Shown: piece after piece, positions 1 through 11,262 of the stretch
Layout of the letters: each line of letters begins with the position of its first letter
How positions within the stretch are numbered: position 1 is the stretch's first letter
From: Oscillospiraceae bacterium
GTDB lineage: Bacteria > Bacillota > Clostridia > Oscillospirales > CAG-272
Direction: 5' to 3'
Length of the DNA stretch: 64,000 nt
Assembly (NCBI GenBank): GCA_015064745.1
Contig: SVRR01000006.1
Span: 115-64,114 of the forward strand
Position numbers and translations under genes: made by a program
Notes under the pieces: model-generated
Databases searched by the model: none
The model's input: only the letters and a program-made list of their open reading frames with translations
What the model was told of the DNA's origin: nothing

Positions 1-1377
1 CTTGTAGCTGCGCATAGACAGCTGTGCCTCAATGTCACGTACCAGTTCAAGCGCGACGCCGACAACGATAAGGAGCGACGTGCCGCCAAAGGCGAAGGAG
101 CTTGTGAAATACGAAACGTCAAGGATGAAATCGGGAGCTGCCGCAAGTGCCGCATTCACCAAAGGTTCCATTACAAGCGGCACGAGGATAATGGGCACAA
201 TTGCCACAACGCTGAGGAAGAACGCACCGATAAGGGTGATCTTCGACAGACTCTTACGGATATAGTCCGCGGTAGGTGCGCCGGGACGGCATCCAAGAAT
301 GGTACCGCCGTTCTTCTTCAAGTTGTTCGAGACCTCAACAGGATTGAAGGAGATCTGAATGTAGAAGTAAGAGAAGGCGATGATAAGAACGAAGAGCAGA
401 ATGGGATAGATCCATCCGTCACTTCTGAGCAGGAAGTTTACGTGCTGCCAGAAGCCTTCGGCCTTTTCCCAAGAGCTCGGCGTGGGGACCTGACAAAATG
501 CCATGATCGTCGCGGGAAGCGAGATGATGGAGGAGGCGAAGATGACAGGCATAACACCCGCCATATTGAGCTTGAGAGGCAGATTCTGACTCTGCCCGCC
601 GTACATTTTGCGTCCGACGACACGCTTTGCATACTGCACCGAAATGCGGCGCTCAGAGCCTGTGACGTAAACACAGAACACGACCATCGCAATAAGAAGC
701 ACAATATAGCCAAGTGCGAACACAAGCGAAAGAGTTCCCCAAAGTGCAGGTGCGTCGCCGTTAAAGCCAACAACGCAAAGGTGCACAAGGCGAATGATCT
801 TTCCGGGGAGACCCGAGATGATGTTCGCGAAGAGGATGATGGAAATACCGTTACCGATACCGTTCTCGTTGATCTTCTCGCCGAGCCACATCACGAGCGA
901 AGCGCCCGCACAGTAGCATGCGATGATAACGAAAGCGCCAAGCACGCCTTCCCCTTGACGGGTGGTGATCATGCCACTGTTCTTCAAAAGGAAGTAGTAG
1001 CCGATCGCCGTTACAACGGCAAGAATGACCGTTGCGTAGCGGGTAAGGTTGTTGATCTTCTTCTTTCCCTCCTCGCCCTGCTGAGCAAGACGCTCAAGGG
1101 CGGGGATAGCAACAGTCAAAAGCTGGATCACGATGGAAGCCGTGATGTAGGGCGAAATACCCAAAGCAAAGAGCGTTGCGAATTGAAGCGCGCCACCCGA
1201 AAGAGTATTCAGGTAGTCGAGAATGGTACCGCCAAAGCTGGCGGAGAAGCCGGTAGCGTTAACGAACGGAACGGGAATGACAGTACCGACACGGTACAGA
1301 AGAAGAATGATCAAGGTATAAATCAGCTTCTTGCGAATGTCAACCGTTTTCCATGCGTTTTTGAGTGTCTGCAACAT
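1..1377 (-). CDS. secY: Preprotein translocase subunit SecY (3' end just beyond window edge)
   Basis: Not in the ORF track. Manual translation from the ATG at 1377 gives MLQTLKNAWKTVDIRKKL... and ends ...IEAQLSMRSYK at position 1. Lies directly after rplO. Confidence 0.97.
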   Translation of the reverse strand, partial: MLQTLKNAWKTVDIRKKLIYTLIILLLYRVGTVIPVPFVNATGFSASFGGTILDYLNTLSGGALQFATLFALGISPYITASIVIQLLTVAIPALERLAQQGEEGKKKINNLTRYATVILAVVTAIGYYFLLKNSGMITTRQGEGVLGAFVIIACYCAGASLVMWLGEKINENGIGNGISIILFANIISGLPGKIIRLVHLCVVGFNGDAPALWGTLSLVFALGYIVLLIAMVVFCVYVTGSERRISVQYAKRVVGRKMYGGQSQNLPLKLNMAGVMPVIFASSIISLPATIMAFCQVPTPSSWEKAEGFWQHVNFLLRSDGWIYPILLFVLIIAFSYFYIQISFNPVEVSNNLKKNGGTILGCRPGAPTADYIRKSLSKITLIGAFFLSVVAIVPIILVPLVMEPLVNAALAAAPDFILDVSYFTSSFAFGGTSLLIVVGVALELVRDIEAQLSMRSYK

Positions 1378-1378
1378 A

Positions 1379-1819
1379 TCAGATCACCTCAATCTTTCCA
1401 CCCTTAGCCTCAATCTTTCCTTTTGCGGTTTCCGAAAAGATATTTGCTTTCACGGTAAGATTTTTAGTGAGTTCGCCTCTGCCAAGGATCTTTACGCCGT
1501 CGCAAACTTCGTTGATCGCGCCGCACTCAAGAAGAGCGGCTGCATCAACGACTGCACCGTCTTCAAAGATGTTAAGAACTTCGACGTTGACAATTGCATA
1601 GCACTTGCCAAACTTGTTGTAAAAGCCTCTTTTGGGAAGCTTTCTGTAAAGCGGGATCTGGCCGCCCTCAAAGCCGGGACGGACACCGCCGCCAGAGCGT
1701 GCGTTCTGACCCTTATGGCCCTTACCCGCGGTCTTTCCGTTTCCGGAACCCGGACCTCTGCCCTTACGGTAGGACGCCTGAACGGAGCCCTCCGCAGGAG
1801 AAAGTTCATGGAGCTTCAT
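1379..1819 (-). CDS. rplO: 50S ribosomal protein L15
   Basis: [12 protein letters not shown]...[24 protein letters not shown]...FEGGQ. Confidence 0.99.
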   Translation of the reverse strand: MKLHELSPAEGSVQASYRKGRGPGSGNGKTAGKGHKGQNARSGGGVRPGFEGGQIPLYRKLPKRGFYNKFGKCYAIVNVEVLNIFEDGAVVDAAALLECGAINEVCDGVKILGRGELTKNLTVKANIFSETAKGKIEAKGGKIEVI

Positions 1820-1843
1820 TTGTTTTCCTCCTTTTTATTCCGA

Positions 1844-2023
1844 TTAAACGGTTTCTACCTTAACGAGGTGACGAATTACACGGACCTGTCCGGCAAGAAC
1901 AGCATCGTTGTTAACGATGTTGAAATCGCCGATCTTGCGAAGGCCCATAGCCTCTGCTGCTGCTCTTTGTGCAGGCTTTGCGGTGATAAGGCTCTTTACG
2001 AGTACAACTTTTACCTTTTCCAT
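1844..2023 (-). CDS. rpmD: 50S ribosomal protein L30
   Basis: 59-aa ORF below the track cutoff: MEKVKVVLVKSLITAKPAQRAAAEAMGLRKIGD...IRHLVKVETV. Lies between rpsE and rplO, with a GGAGG RBS. Confidence 0.95.
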   Translation of the reverse strand: MEKVKVVLVKSLITAKPAQRAAAEAMGLRKIGDFNIVNNDAVLAGQVRVIRHLVKVETV

Positions 2024-2037
2024 GTTCCTTATCCTCC

Positions 2038-2541
2038 TTAGCCCTTCACTTTGTCCGCGGAAATACCGCGCAGAGCTGCAACTTCCTCAACAGTGCGAAG
2101 CTCCTTAAGTCCCTCAAAGGTTGCTTTCACAACGTTGATGGGGTTGTTGGAACGAAGGCACTTTGCGCGGATGTTCTTCACACCCGCAAGCTCGAGGATG
2201 GCACGGACAGTGCCGCCCGCGATGATACCGGTACCGTCCGAAGCAGGCTTCAGGATAACCTTACCTGCGCCGTAAACACCGACAATCTCGTGAGGGATGG
2301 TGTTGCCGTTCAGCGACACCGTAATCATATTTTTCTTTGCGTCCTCAATACCCTTGCGGATTGCGTCGGGCACCTCGGAAGCCTTTCCCAGACCAAAGCC
2401 AACGTGACCATCGCGGTCGCCGACTACCATCAGCGCTGCGAAGCGGGCGATACGGCCGCCCTTCACGGTCTTGGAAACACGGTTCAGAACAACAAGCTTT
2501 TCTTCGAGTTCCATGCCTGCTGCATCAAACTTTTTTGCCAT
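2038..2541 (-). CDS. rpsE: 30S ribosomal protein S5
   Basis: [11 protein letters not shown]...[16 protein letters not shown]. Confidence 0.99.
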   Translation of the reverse strand: MAKKFDAAGMELEEKLVVLNRVSKTVKGGRIARFAALMVVGDRDGHVGFGLGKASEVPDAIRKGIEDAKKNMITVSLNGNTIPHEIVGVYGAGKVILKPASDGTGIIAGGTVRAILELAGVKNIRAKCLRSNNPINVVKATFEGLKELRTVEEVAALRGISADKVKG

Positions 2542-2593
2542 GTTTTTACTCCTTTAAATGAATTCAAATTGCTTTGAATGTGTACAAACCGGA

Positions 2594-2953
2594 TCAGAAC
2601 TTCAAACCGCCCTTGCGAGCGCCTTCAGCCAGTTCCGATACACGTCCGTGATAGATATAGCCGCCACGGTCGAATACGACGGTGGTGATACCCTTTGCAA
2701 GCGCTCTCTCGGCGATGATCTCACCGATCTTAGCGGCTGCGGCCTTGTTGGAGCCAATTCCGTCGAAGGAAGCCTCGACGGTAGAAGCAGATACGAGGGT
2801 CACGCCTGCATCGTCATCGATGATCTGTGCGCTGATGTTGGCGTTAGAGCGATACACAGCAAGGCGAGGACGCTCTGCGGTACCGGAGATCTTGCTTCTT
2901 ACTCTTACGTGTCTCTTCAGACGCTGTTTGTTGCTATCTGTTCTCTTAACCAT
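2594..2953 (-). CDS. rplR: 50S ribosomal protein L18
   Basis: [10 protein letters not shown]...[14 protein letters not shown]. Confidence 0.99.
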   Translation of the reverse strand: MVKRTDSNKQRLKRHVRVRSKISGTAERPRLAVYRSNANISAQIIDDDAGVTLVSASTVEASFDGIGSNKAAAAKIGEIIAERALAKGITTVVFDRGGYIYHGRVSELAEGARKGGLKF

Positions 2954-2972
2954 TGTGTCTACTCCTTTCTAA

Positions 2973-3512
2973 TTATTTACCGGCTTTTCCGGCCTTGCGG
3001 CGGATGTGCTCACCGGTGTACTTGATACCCTTGCCAAGGTAGGGCTCGGGAGGTCTCTTCGAGCGGATCTGAGCCGCTACCTGACCGACGATCTGCTTGT
3101 TGATGCCGCTAACCACGATGGTGGTGTTGTTGGGCAGGTCAAACTTGATATCGTCGTTCTCTTCGAAGAAGACGGGGTGAGAATAACCAAGGCTAAGCAC
3201 AAGCTTCTTGCCCTGCTTCTCTGCTCTGTAACCGACACCGTTGATCTCAAGGGTCTTGGAATAGCCCTCGGTCACGCCGACCACCATGTTGTTGATGAGC
3301 GTGCGGGTAAGACCGTGGATCGCACGGTTTTCCTTCTCATCATCGGGGCGGGTTACGGTGAGGACGTTGCCCTCAACCGCGATCGTCATAGCGGGGCTCA
3401 GGCTCTGCTTCAGCTCACCCTTGGGGCCCTTAACGGTTACAAAATTCTCAGCGCCGACGGTAACCGTCACGCCTGCGGGAATGGTAATAGGTGCTCTTCC
3501 GATTCTAGACAT
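2973..3512 (-). CDS. rplF: 50S ribosomal protein L6
   Basis: MSRIGRAPI...[13 protein letters not shown]; start moved to the ATG at 3512, which follows the RBS. Confidence 0.98.
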   Translation of the reverse strand: MSRIGRAPITIPAGVTVTVGAENFVTVKGPKGELKQSLSPAMTIAVEGNVLTVTRPDDEKENRAIHGLTRTLINNMVVGVTEGYSKTLEINGVGYRAEKQGKKLVLSLGYSHPVFFEENDDIKFDLPNNTTIVVSGINKQIVGQVAAQIRSKRPPEPYLGKGIKYTGEHIRRKAGKAGK

Positions 3513-3526
3513 CTTGATACCCTCCC

Positions 3527-3925
3527 TTACCAAACGAAGGCGAGAACTTCGCCGCCAACGTTTTCTTCTCTTGCCTTCTTGTCGGTCATAACGCCCTTAG
3601 AGGTGGAAACAATAGCGATTCCGAGGCCGTTAAGAACGCGAGGCATCTCCTCGCAGCTTGCGTAGATACGAAGACCGGGCTTCGATACGCGGCGAAGGCC
3701 GTGAATGACCTTCTGCTTGCCGGGAGCGTACTTAAGAGCAATGCGGATGATGCCCTGCTTGCCGTCGTCTACGACGTTGTAGGACTTGATATAGCCCTCG
3801 TTGAGCAGGATCTCTGCGATTGCCTTCTTCATGTTGGATGCAGGAACATCTACCGTCTCATGCTTTGCGTCATTGGCATTGCGGATTCTGGTGAGCATGT
3901 CTGCGATGACATCTGAAATTTGCAT
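3527..3925 (-). CDS. rpsH: 30S ribosomal protein S8
   Basis: [13 protein letters not shown]...[10 protein letters not shown]...GGEVLAFVW. Confidence 0.99.
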   Translation of the reverse strand: MQISDVIADMLTRIRNANDAKHETVDVPASNMKKAIAEILLNEGYIKSYNVVDDGKQGIIRIALKYAPGKQKVIHGLRRVSKPGLRIYASCEEMPRVLNGLGIAIVSTSKGVMTDKKAREENVGGEVLAFVW

Positions 3926-4036
3926 TTTAATATCCTCCTTGATGCAAGTTCATTATGCTTGCTACCGCGCATATCGCGCGGTGGCTGACCGGTGGTAAAA
4001 GCCCCTTGGCTTTCCTGCCGGTAGAGAGAGAATTTG

Positions 4037-4222
4037 TTACCAGCTTGCCTTTCTGACGCCGGGAATCTCGCCCTTGTAAGCGAGCTCACGGAAGCAGATA
4101 CGGCAAATTCCGTACTTACGGAGGTAGGCATGAGGTCTACCGCAGATCTTGCAACGGTTGTACTCACGAGTAGAGAACTTCTGGGGTCTCTGCTGCTTCA
4201 GCTTCATAGAAGTCTTTGCCAT
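4037..4222 (-). CDS. rpsZ: 30S ribosomal protein S14, zinc-binding type Z
   Basis: 61 aa, CKICGRPH...CRICFRELA...KASW. Confidence 0.98.
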   Translation of the reverse strand: MAKTSMKLKQQRPQKFSTREYNRCKICGRPHAYLRKYGICRICFRELAYKGEIPGVRKASW

Positions 4223-4241
4223 TTTTATTTACCTCCCTATC

Positions 4242-4781
4242 TTATTTCGCAAAGGGCGCGCCCATCAGGGTGAGCAGCTCTTTTGCTTCTTCGTCGGTGT
4301 TCGCGGTGGTAACGAAGATGATATCCATACCGCGTACCTTTTCCACCTTGTCATACTCGATCTCGGGGAAAATGAGCTGTTCCTTCAAGCCGAGAGCATA
4401 GTTGCCTCTGCCGTCGAAGGCGTTGGGGTTGATACCCTTGAAGTCACGGACGCGGGGCAGCGCGAAGCTGAACAGCTTATCCATGAATTCGTACATGCGC
4501 TCACCGCGGAGCGTAACCTTTGCGCCGATCTTCATGCCCTCACGGAGCTTGAAGTTTGCGACCGACTTCTTAGCGAAGGTCGGAACAGCCTTCTGACCGG
4601 TGATGAGGGTGAGGTCTGCGATGATAGCGTCGATAACCTTTGCGTTTTCCTTAGCATCGCCCGCGCCGACGTTGATAACGATCTTGTCGAACTTGGGGAT
4701 CTGCATGGGGCTCTTGTACGCAAACTTGGTCATCAGGGCGGGAGCTACTTCACTCTTATAAAGTTCACTGAATCTAGACAT
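4242..4781 (-). CDS. rplE: 50S ribosomal protein L5
   Basis: KIVINVGAG...FKLREGM...FDGRGNY. Confidence 0.99.
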   Translation of the reverse strand: MSRFSELYKSEVAPALMTKFAYKSPMQIPKFDKIVINVGAGDAKENAKVIDAIIADLTLITGQKAVPTFAKKSVANFKLREGMKIGAKVTLRGERMYEFMDKLFSFALPRVRDFKGINPNAFDGRGNYALGLKEQLIFPEIEYDKVEKVRGMDIIFVTTANTDEEAKELLTLMGAPFAK

Positions 4782-4796
4782 GTTTCATTCCCTCCC

Positions 4797-5123
4797 TTAA
4801 AGCTTCGCGCCGCACTTTGCGCAAACGCGAGACTTGATTTTCTTGCCGTCCTTCTCTTCGACGGCGATCTTCGCACGCACGCCCTTGTCGCACTTGGGGC
4901 AAACCAGCATCACCTTGGAGGCGTACATAGCGCCCTCGGTCTTTACGATGCTGGAAACCTCACCCTGACGGCGAGCCTTGCTGTGCTTAGATACGATGTT
5001 CGCGCCCTCGACCATTACCTTGCCCTCTTCGGGAGATACGGCAATGACCTTTCCGCGAACGCCCTTGTCCTCGCCGGAGATGACGACTACAAGGTCATCT
5101 TTCTTAATGTGAAGTGCCTTCAT
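4797..5123 (-). CDS. rplX: 50S ribosomal protein L24
   Basis: HIKKDDLVVVISGEDKG KOW motif; operon position. Confidence 0.98.
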   Translation of the reverse strand: MKALHIKKDDLVVVISGEDKGVRGKVIAVSPEEGKVMVEGANIVSKHSKARRQGEVSSIVKTEGAMYASKVMLVCPKCDKGVRAKIAVEEKDGKKIKSRVCAKCGAKL

Positions 5124-5135
5124 TTCGTCTCCTCC

Positions 5136-5504
5136 TTACAGAACTTCGGGAGCAAGCGACAGGATCTTGGTGAAGTCCTTGTCGCGGAGCTCTCTTGCGA
5201 TAGGGCCAAAAATACGGGTTCCCTTAGGGTTTCCATCTTCCTTCAGGATAACGGCTGCGTTCTCGTCGAATTTGATGTAAGAGCCATCCGCACGGCGAAC
5301 ACCCTTAACACTTCTTACGACAACAGCCTTTACTACGTCGCCTTTCTTTACGACACCGCCGGGAGCTGCCTTCTTCACGCAGGCAACTACCACGTCGCCA
5401 ATGTTGGCGTAGCGGCGACCGGAGCCACCGAGCACGCGGATACACATGATCTCCTTCGCACCGGTGTTATCAGCGACCTTCATGAGTGTCTGTTGCTGAA
5501 TCAC
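5136..5504 (-). CDS. rplN: 50S ribosomal protein L14
   Basis: [15 protein letters not shown]...GTRIFGP...SLAPEVL; GTG start. Confidence 0.99.
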   Translation of the reverse strand: MIQQQTLMKVADNTGAKEIMCIRVLGGSGRRYANIGDVVVACVKKAAPGGVVKKGDVVKAVVVRSVKGVRRADGSYIKFDENAAVILKEDGNPKGTRIFGPIARELRDKDFTKILSLAPEVL

Positions 5505-5586
5505 GGTTGTTTCCTCCTTGTTTCGGCAAGCTTTGTGACCTGCCTACTGTGATTATTGTGAAACTTTAGCTTGCTGTGAAGAATGA

Positions 5587-5844
5587 TTACTTCACCTTTT
5601 CGATGATCTCAACGAGTCTCCATCTCTTGGTCTTGGAATAGGGTCTCGTTTCCATGACGGACACCTTATCGCCGATGGAGCAGGCATTCTGCTCGTCATG
5701 GGCGTGGATCTTGATGGTGCGCTTCATGATCTTGTTGTACTTGGGATGACGGACGTGGTCCTCGATTGCGACAACGATGGTCTTATCCATCTTGTTGCTG
5801 ACGACCTTACCGACTCTTACTTTTCTAAGGTTACGCTCTTCCAT
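5587..5844 (-). CDS. rpsQ: 30S ribosomal protein S17
   Basis: [14 protein letters not shown]...[11 protein letters not shown]. Confidence 0.99.
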   Translation of the reverse strand: MEERNLRKVRVGKVVSNKMDKTIVVAIEDHVRHPKYNKIMKRTIKIHAHDEQNACSIGDKVSVMETRPYSKTKRWRLVEIIEKVK

Positions 5845-5858
5845 GTCTTTCGTCCTCC

Positions 5859-6047
5859 TTACGCATTCTTCTCACGAAGAACGGTCATAACGCGTGCGAT
5901 GTCGTGCTTCACATCTGCAATCTTGTGAGGATTGTCAAGCTGATTGATCGCATGCTGGAAGCGGAGATTGAAGAGTTCCTTCTTCAGGTCAGCGAGCTTA
6001 GCGTTGAGCTGCTCACCGTTCATTTCTCTGAGTTCCTTTACTTTCAC
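5859..6047 (-). CDS. rpmC: 50S ribosomal protein L29
   Basis: [21 protein letters not shown]. Confidence 0.98.
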   Translation of the reverse strand: MKVKELREMNGEQLNAKLADLKKELFNLRFQHAINQLDNPHKIADVKHDIARVMTVLREKNA

Positions 6048-6050
6048 GGC

Positions 6051-6476
6051 TTAACCCTCCTGTGCTTCCGTCTCGCGGGTGATAAACTTACACTTGATGG
6101 GAAGTTTGTGCATGGCAAGACGCATAGCTTCCTTAGCAACGTCCTCGGCAACGCCGTCCATCTCGAAGAGGATTCTGCCGGGCTTAACCACAGCTACCCA
6201 ATATTCGGGAGAACCCTTACCGGAACCCATTCGCGTCTCGGCAGGCTTCTCGGTGATCGGCTTGTCGGGGAAAATCTTGATCCAAACCTTACCGCCACGC
6301 TTGGTGTAACGGGTCATGGCAATACGGGCAGCCTCGATCTGAGTGCCGGTGATCCATGCGGGCTCGGTTGCAACCAGACCGTACGAGCCGTTGGTCAGCG
6401 TGTTACCGCGAAGGGCTTTACCGGTCAAACGGCCGCGCTGTACGCGTCTGTATTTTACTCTCTTAGGCATTAACAT
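6051..6476 (-). CDS. rplP: 50S ribosomal protein L16
   Basis: [11 protein letters not shown]...[12 protein letters not shown]. Confidence 0.99.
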   Translation of the reverse strand: MLMPKRVKYRRVQRGRLTGKALRGNTLTNGSYGLVATEPAWITGTQIEAARIAMTRYTKRGGKVWIKIFPDKPITEKPAETRMGSGKGSPEYWVAVVKPGRILFEMDGVAEDVAKEAMRLAMHKLPIKCKFITRETEAQEG

Positions 6477-7252
6477 CAGCGGTTACCTCCCTCGGGTTTT
6501 CTACCACCGCGGAAGCCACCGTTGTTGTTACGGGGACCTCTGTTATTATCGCGGCGGCGGTCGCCATCGCGACGAGGAGGACGACGGTCGGTGCGGTCGT
6601 TTCTTCTTGCGGCGTTCTCGCTCTCAGCAAGAACCTCGCCCTTGTAGATCCAAACCTTAATACCGATCTTACCGTAGGTGGTGTTTGCCTCCCAGAAGCC
6701 GTACTCAATGTCGGCTCTGATGGTCTGAAGGGGAATCGTTCCCTCGTGGTAGTGCTCGGTGCGGGCAATTTCAGCACCGCCGAGACGACCGGAGCAGGAA
6801 ATCTTGATTCCCTTTGCGCCAAGGCGCATGGTTCTGCCGATTGCCTGCTTCATGGCACGGCGGAACGCGATTCTGTTTTCAAGCTGAGAAGCGATGCTCT
6901 CAGCAACCAGCTGTGCGTTGATGTCGGGATTCTTGATCTCAACAACATTGACAACAACAGGGCGGCCGATCATAGCCTCAAGCTCGGTACGAAGCTTTTC
7001 GATCTCCACACCGCCGCGACCGATAACCATACCGGGCTTTGCGCAGTGAATGAAAATGCGAACGCGCATTCTGTCGCGCTCGATCTCAAACTTGGGAGTA
7101 CCTGCTGCTTGGAGCTTCGCCTTGAGGTACTTTCTGATCTTGTAGTCAGACACCAGGGTATCGCCGAACTCTTCGTCCTTTGCGAACCATCTGGAATCCC
7201 ACTCTTTGATCACGCCGACGCGCAGACCGTGAGGATTTACCTTCTGTCCCAT
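6476..7252 (-). CDS. rpsC: 30S ribosomal protein S3
   Basis: [13 protein letters not shown]...[10 protein letters not shown]; Arg-rich C-terminal tail. Confidence 0.99.
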   Translation of the reverse strand: MGQKVNPHGLRVGVIKEWDSRWFAKDEEFGDTLVSDYKIRKYLKAKLQAAGTPKFEIERDRMRVRIFIHCAKPGMVIGRGGVEIEKLRTELEAMIGRPVVVNVVEIKNPDINAQLVAESIASQLENRIAFRRAMKQAIGRTMRLGAKGIKISCSGRLGGAEIARTEHYHEGTIPLQTIRADIEYGFWEANTTYGKIGIKVWIYKGEVLAESENAARRNDRTDRRPPRRDGDRRRDNNRGPRNNNGGFRGGRKPEGGNR

Positions 7253-7253
7253 G

Positions 7254-7667
7254 TTATCTGACCTCCTTTTCCTTGACTACCAGCGTTACGTGGCTGGTTC
7301 TCTTTAAAATCTGGAATGCTCTACCCTGAGCTCTGGGCTGAATTCTCTTAAGCGTAGGACCGGGGCACACAAAGCACTCTGCCACATAAAGGTTCGTGGT
7401 GTCCATGCCGAGGTTCTTCTCGGCATTCTTGTGCTCGGCGTTTGCAACGGCACTCTTAAGGAGCTTCATAAGATATTCGGACGCGCGCTTGGGGGTATTC
7501 TTAAGAATTGCCATAGCGGTATCCGTATCCTTACCTCTGATGAGGTTCAGAACAATTTCAACCTTGCGCGGGGAGATTCTGACATACTTCAAGTACGCTC
7601 TGCCTTCGGGCGCGTTCTTCTCAGCAGCTTTTCTCTCTTCGAGCGCAACTCTTTTTTCTTTCTGCAT
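7254..7667 (-). CDS. rplV: 50S ribosomal protein L22 (with charged N-terminal extension)
   Basis: YVRISPRKV...KSAVANAEH...PRAQGRA..ILKRTSH. Confidence 0.97.
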   Translation of the reverse strand: MQKEKRVALEERKAAEKNAPEGRAYLKYVRISPRKVEIVLNLIRGKDTDTAMAILKNTPKRASEYLMKLLKSAVANAEHKNAEKNLGMDTTNLYVAECFVCPGPTLKRIQPRAQGRAFQILKRTSHVTLVVKEKEVR

Positions 7668-7716
7668 TATTAGGCTGTGCCTCCTCTCGCGTTATTGCGA
7701 ATACGAATAGTTTTGA

Positions 7717-7998
7717 TTATTTACCGTTGTTGGACGTCTTGGAGCCTGCGTGGCCCTTGAACGTACGGGTGAGTGCGAACTCGCCGAGCTTGTGCCCGAC
7801 CATATCTTCCGTGACGTATACCGGAACATGCTTTCTGCCGTCGTGAACAGCGATGGTATGACCGACAAACTCAGGGAAAATAGTGGATGCACGGGACCAG
7901 GTCTTAAGGACCTTCTTCTCGCCCTTCTCATTCATGGCAACGATTCTGTTATACAGCTTCTCTTCCACGAAAGGAGCTTTCTTCAAACTTCTGCTCAT
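7717..7998 (-). CDS. rpsS: 30S ribosomal protein S19
   Basis: [11 protein letters not shown]...MVGHKLGEF. Confidence 0.99.
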   Translation of the reverse strand: MSRSLKKAPFVEEKLYNRIVAMNEKGEKKVLKTWSRASTIFPEFVGHTIAVHDGRKHVPVYVTEDMVGHKLGEFALTRTFKGHAGSKTSNNGK

Positions 7999-8011
7999 CT
8001 ATCTTGCCTCC

Positions 8012-8842
8012 TTATTTGCTGTCACGGCGTTTCACGATAAACTTATTCGTTCTCGCCTTTTTGTTTCTGGTCTTCAGACCCAGAGCGGGCTTGCCCCAAG
8101 GAGTCATAGGACCTGCGTGACCGATAGGTGCACGGCCCTCACCACCACCGTGGGGGTGGTCGACAGGGTTCATAACGCTACCGCGAACGGTAGGACGAAT
8201 ACCCTTGTGACGGGTCTTACCTGCTTTACCGATCTTGATGGTGTCGTGCTCGATGTTACCGACCTGACCGATGGTTGCGCGGCAGTCAAGACGAACGATG
8301 CGAACCTCACCCGAGGGGAGACGCACCTGAGCCTCGCCGTTTTCCTTAGCCATCAGCTGTGCCTGTGCACCTGCCGAACGAACGAGCTGACCGCCCTTGC
8401 CGGGGTAAAGCTCAATGTTGTGAATGATGGTACCTACGGGAATTGCGGAGATGGGCAGGGTGTTGCCGGGCTTGATGTCGGCATCGGCGCCTGCGTATAC
8501 CGTATCACCGTCGGTGAGACCTGCGGGAGCGAGAATGTAGCTCTTCTTGCCCTCATCGTTCTCAACGAGTGCGATATATGCGGTACGGTTAGGGTCATAC
8601 TCCACACCGATGACCTTTGCGGCGCCATCAGCGCGGCGCTTAAAGTCAACGATTCTGTACTTTACCTTATTACCGCCGCCGTGATGACGAACGGTGATCT
8701 TGCCGTAACTGTTACGACCCGCATGCTTCTTCTTGGTTTCGATCAAGCTCTTTTCGGGGGTGAACTTGGTCAACTCTGCGAAAGAGGGGGTAACCATGTT
8801 TCTGCGGGAAGGAGTTGTGGGCTTATAATTCATAGTAGCCAT
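8012..8842 (-). CDS. rplB: 50S ribosomal protein L2
   Basis: EYDPNRTA...[13 protein letters not shown]. Confidence 0.99.
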   Translation of the reverse strand: MATMNYKPTTPSRRNMVTPSFAELTKFTPEKSLIETKKKHAGRNSYGKITVRHHGGGNKVKYRIVDFKRRADGAAKVIGVEYDPNRTAYIALVENDEGKKSYILAPAGLTDGDTVYAGADADIKPGNTLPISAIPVGTIIHNIELYPGKGGQLVRSAGAQAQLMAKENGEAQVRLPSGEVRIVRLDCRATIGQVGNIEHDTIKIGKAGKTRHKGIRPTVRGSVMNPVDHPHGGGEGRAPIGHAGPMTPWGKPALGLKTRNKKARTNKFIVKRRDSK

Positions 8843-8855
8843 TCTTGCTTCCTCC

Positions 8856-9152
8856 TTAGTTCAGGCTCTCGAAGAAGGCGATACCCTTGGAATCCTCGGT
8901 CAGGGTAACGATCGCTTTCTTCCACTCGCCGGTGTAGCCCGCATGGACACCAAGTCTCTTGGGCTTCTTCTTCATGTTGATGGTGTTAACGTCGGCAACC
9001 TTTACGCCGTCGAACATTGCCTCTACCGCCGCAGCGATCTCAGGCTTGTTCGCGTCCTTGGCAACCTTAAACACATAGCGCTTCTCGGAGATCATGTCCA
9101 TCGCCTTCTCGGTGATGACAGGCTTCAGGATGACATCAGAAAGATTTCTCAT
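8856..9152 (-). CDS. rplW: 50S ribosomal protein L23
   Basis: [10 protein letters not shown]...WKKAIVTL. Confidence 0.98.
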   Translation of the reverse strand: MRNLSDVILKPVITEKAMDMISEKRYVFKVAKDANKPEIAAAVEAMFDGVKVADVNTINMKKKPKRLGVHAGYTGEWKKAIVTLTEDSKGIAFFESLN

Positions 9153-9775
9153 TTCACATATACCTCCTGGATCTTTTCAGCCGCATCCTTCGCAAGCACC
9201 AGCTTGTCGCAGTTCAGGATGTCGTAAACGTTAATGGAATTGTAGACCGTGGTCTTAACGCCGGGAATGTTCGCGCAGCTCTTTACGACCTTCTCGTCCA
9301 CCGCAGGGAGAACGATGAGAGTCTTCTTTGCGCCGCTGACGGCGTTCACCATGTTAGCCATGGTCTTGGTGGAGTAGGTCTCGGTCGCGATGCTGTCAAC
9401 AATGACGAGCTCGTTTGCGTTGACCTTGGAGGAGAAGGCGCTGAAGAGCGCGATTCTCTTCACTTTCTTGTTCATGGACACGCGATAGCTGCGGGGCTTG
9501 GGGCCGAGCGCGATACCGCCGTGCGTCCACTGAGGAGAACGGGTGGAGCCCTGTCTTGCGTGACCGGTACCCTTCTGCTTCCAGGGCTTCTTACCGCCGC
9601 CGGATACTTCGGAGCGAGTCAGCGTGGACTGGGTGCCCTGTCTCTGGTTCATAAGATATGCTCTTACTGCGGTGTGGAGGACGGCAGCGTTTACTTCTGC
9701 GCCGAAGATGACATCGGACAGTGCGATCTCGCCAACTTCCTTGCCCGCTATATCTACAACTTTCATGTTAGGCAT
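9149..9775 (-). CDS. rplD: 50S ribosomal protein L4
   Basis: [15 protein letters not shown]. Confidence 0.99.
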   Translation of the reverse strand: MPNMKVVDIAGKEVGEIALSDVIFGAEVNAAVLHTAVRAYLMNQRQGTQSTLTRSEVSGGGKKPWKQKGTGHARQGSTRSPQWTHGGIALGPKPRSYRVSMNKKVKRIALFSAFSSKVNANELVIVDSIATETYSTKTMANMVNAVSGAKKTLIVLPAVDEKVVKSCANIPGVKTTVYNSINVYDILNCDKLVLAKDAAEKIQEVYVK

Positions 9776-9793
9776 TCGTGTTTCCTCCTTCCG

Positions 9794-10426
9794 TTATGCT
9801 TTCACAGAGTCGCGGATGAATACGATGCTTCCCTTAGCACCGGGAACCGCACCCTTGACCGCGATGATGTTCTTTTCTGCGTCAACCTTGACAACTGCAA
9901 GGTTCAGGATAGTGACCTGCTCGTTACCCCACTGACCTGCCATCTTCTTGTTCTTGAAGATGCGGGAGGGGTCGGAGTTCATACCCATCGAGCCGCCGGT
10001 GCGATGTACGGGACCCGTACCGTGCGTCATTCTGAGAACTGCGAAATTCCATCTCTTGATTACGCCGGTGTAGCCGTGACCCTTGCTGATTCCGGTGATG
10101 TCGACCTTCTCGCCTGCGGCGAAGGTATCGACGGAAATCGTAGCGCCAACCGCATAATCCGCTGCGTTCTCAAAGCGGAACTCCTTGAGGTGTCTCTTAG
10201 GGGAGATACCTGCCTTCTTGAGGTGACCGAGCTCAGCGCGGGTCAGATGCTTTTCCTTTGCGTCGCAGTATGCGAGCTGAACTGCATCGTAGCCGTCGTT
10301 CTCTACGGTCTTCTTCTGTGCGATCTCGCAAGGACCTGCTTCAATCAGGGTTACGGGAATCACGTTGCCGACTTCATCGAAGATCTGGGTCATGCCCAGC
10401 TTCTTACCGATAATGCCTTTTTTCAT
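9794..10426 (-). CDS. rplC: 50S ribosomal protein L3
   Basis: GKKLGMTQIF...VKGAVPG. Confidence 0.99.
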   Translation of the reverse strand: MKKGIIGKKLGMTQIFDEVGNVIPVTLIEAGPCEIAQKKTVENDGYDAVQLAYCDAKEKHLTRAELGHLKKAGISPKRHLKEFRFENAADYAVGATISVDTFAAGEKVDITGISKGHGYTGVIKRWNFAVLRMTHGTGPVHRTGGSMGMNSDPSRIFKNKKMAGQWGNEQVTILNLAVVKVDAEKNIIAVKGAVPGAKGSIVFIRDSVKA

Positions 10427-10536
10427 TTTTTCCTCCGTTCGTTATTGGTTGATGCGTTTGAATTTTCGGTTGCCCGATCGCACCAACGTGACCACGGATA
10501 GTGGTTCAAAAGATTTTGCCTCTGCGGAATGAGGAC

Positions 10537-10845
10537 TTACGCCTTGATCTCGATCTCAACGCCGGCGGGAAGCTCGAGGCTCATGAGATCCTCGATGGTC
10601 TTCTGCTGGGGGTTCAGAATGTCAACGAGACGCTTGTGGGTGCGGGTCTCGAACTGCTCACGGCTGTCCTTGTACTTGTGCACCGCACGAAGAATGGTGA
10701 TGATCTCTTTTTCGGTAGGCAGCGGGATAGGACCCGAAACTGCACCGCCGTTTCTCTTAGCAACTTCCACAACCTTTGCCGCAGCAGCATCTACGAGGGT
10801 GTGATCGTAGCTCTTGAGCTTCACTCTGATTTTTTCCTTTGCCAT
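10537..10845 (-). CDS. rpsJ: 30S ribosomal protein S10
   Basis: GPIPLPT...[11 protein letters not shown]. Confidence 0.99.
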   Translation of the reverse strand: MAKEKIRVKLKSYDHTLVDAAAAKVVEVAKRNGGAVSGPIPLPTEKEIITILRAVHKYKDSREQFETRTHKRLVDILNPQQKTIEDLMSLELPAGVEIEIKA

Positions 10846-10859
10846 TTGATTTGCCTCCT

Positions 10860-11073
10860 TCTAAAATTTCTTTTCAGGGGGGCGATTGCCATTCACACTG
10901 CGCCGCGCGTTTCAAACACCTACGAATGAAAGCCGGGAAACAGCCTTTCCGCAAAGGCAGAACCCGGGGGAACGGTTTGACGCACGCGACGAATGTTTTC
11001 GCCCGATTTGTCGGACATACTCCACGAAAATTACCCGCTTTCGCGGCAACCTCTCGCTTCAACGCATATCAAG
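10860..11073 (-). ncRNA. Putative S10 operon leader RNA (r-protein autoregulatory leader)
   Basis: The ~230-nt 5' UTR contains GAAGCGAGAGGTTGCC...TTTTCGTGGAG, which resembles conserved Bacillota rpsJ leaders (recognised by eye, no CM search). Confidence 0.6.
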
Positions 11074-11080
11074 CCTTACT

Positions 11081-11109
11081 ATTATACAGTATTCTTCGCC
11101 AAAAAGCAA
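11081..11109 (-). promoter_or_regulatory. Sigma-A promoter of the S10 operon
   Basis: TTGCTT-N17-TATAAT. Confidence 0.8.
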
Positions 11110-11262
11110 GTCTTTTTTCATATTTTTCATTGCTATACCAAGAAAATTTTGCACATTTTTTCAATATTTTTTTGGGTATTTTGCACAAAGCGCGAAACCG
11201 TTACATTTTATTCATATGTGTGCGTTACAATAAAGATATTACATGTAAAAGAAGGAGTTCTT

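Noticed and set aside
3926-4036. Hairpins in r-operon spacers (rpsZ-rpsH, rpsJ-rplC)
   Set aside because: Short single stems, plausibly ordinary processing or autoregulatory sites; not enough evidence for a named element.
442-10929. Many plus-strand ORFs over the ribosomal operon (e.g. 442-1407, 4149-5552)
   Set aside because: Antisense to unambiguous r-protein and secY genes.
10993-11262. Upstream in-frame extensions given by the ORF track (also for metA, VOR gamma, folT, tubulin A and the ATPase)
   Set aside because: They overlap promoters, riboswitches or other genes; the downstream ATGs have RBSs and/or family-typical N-termini.
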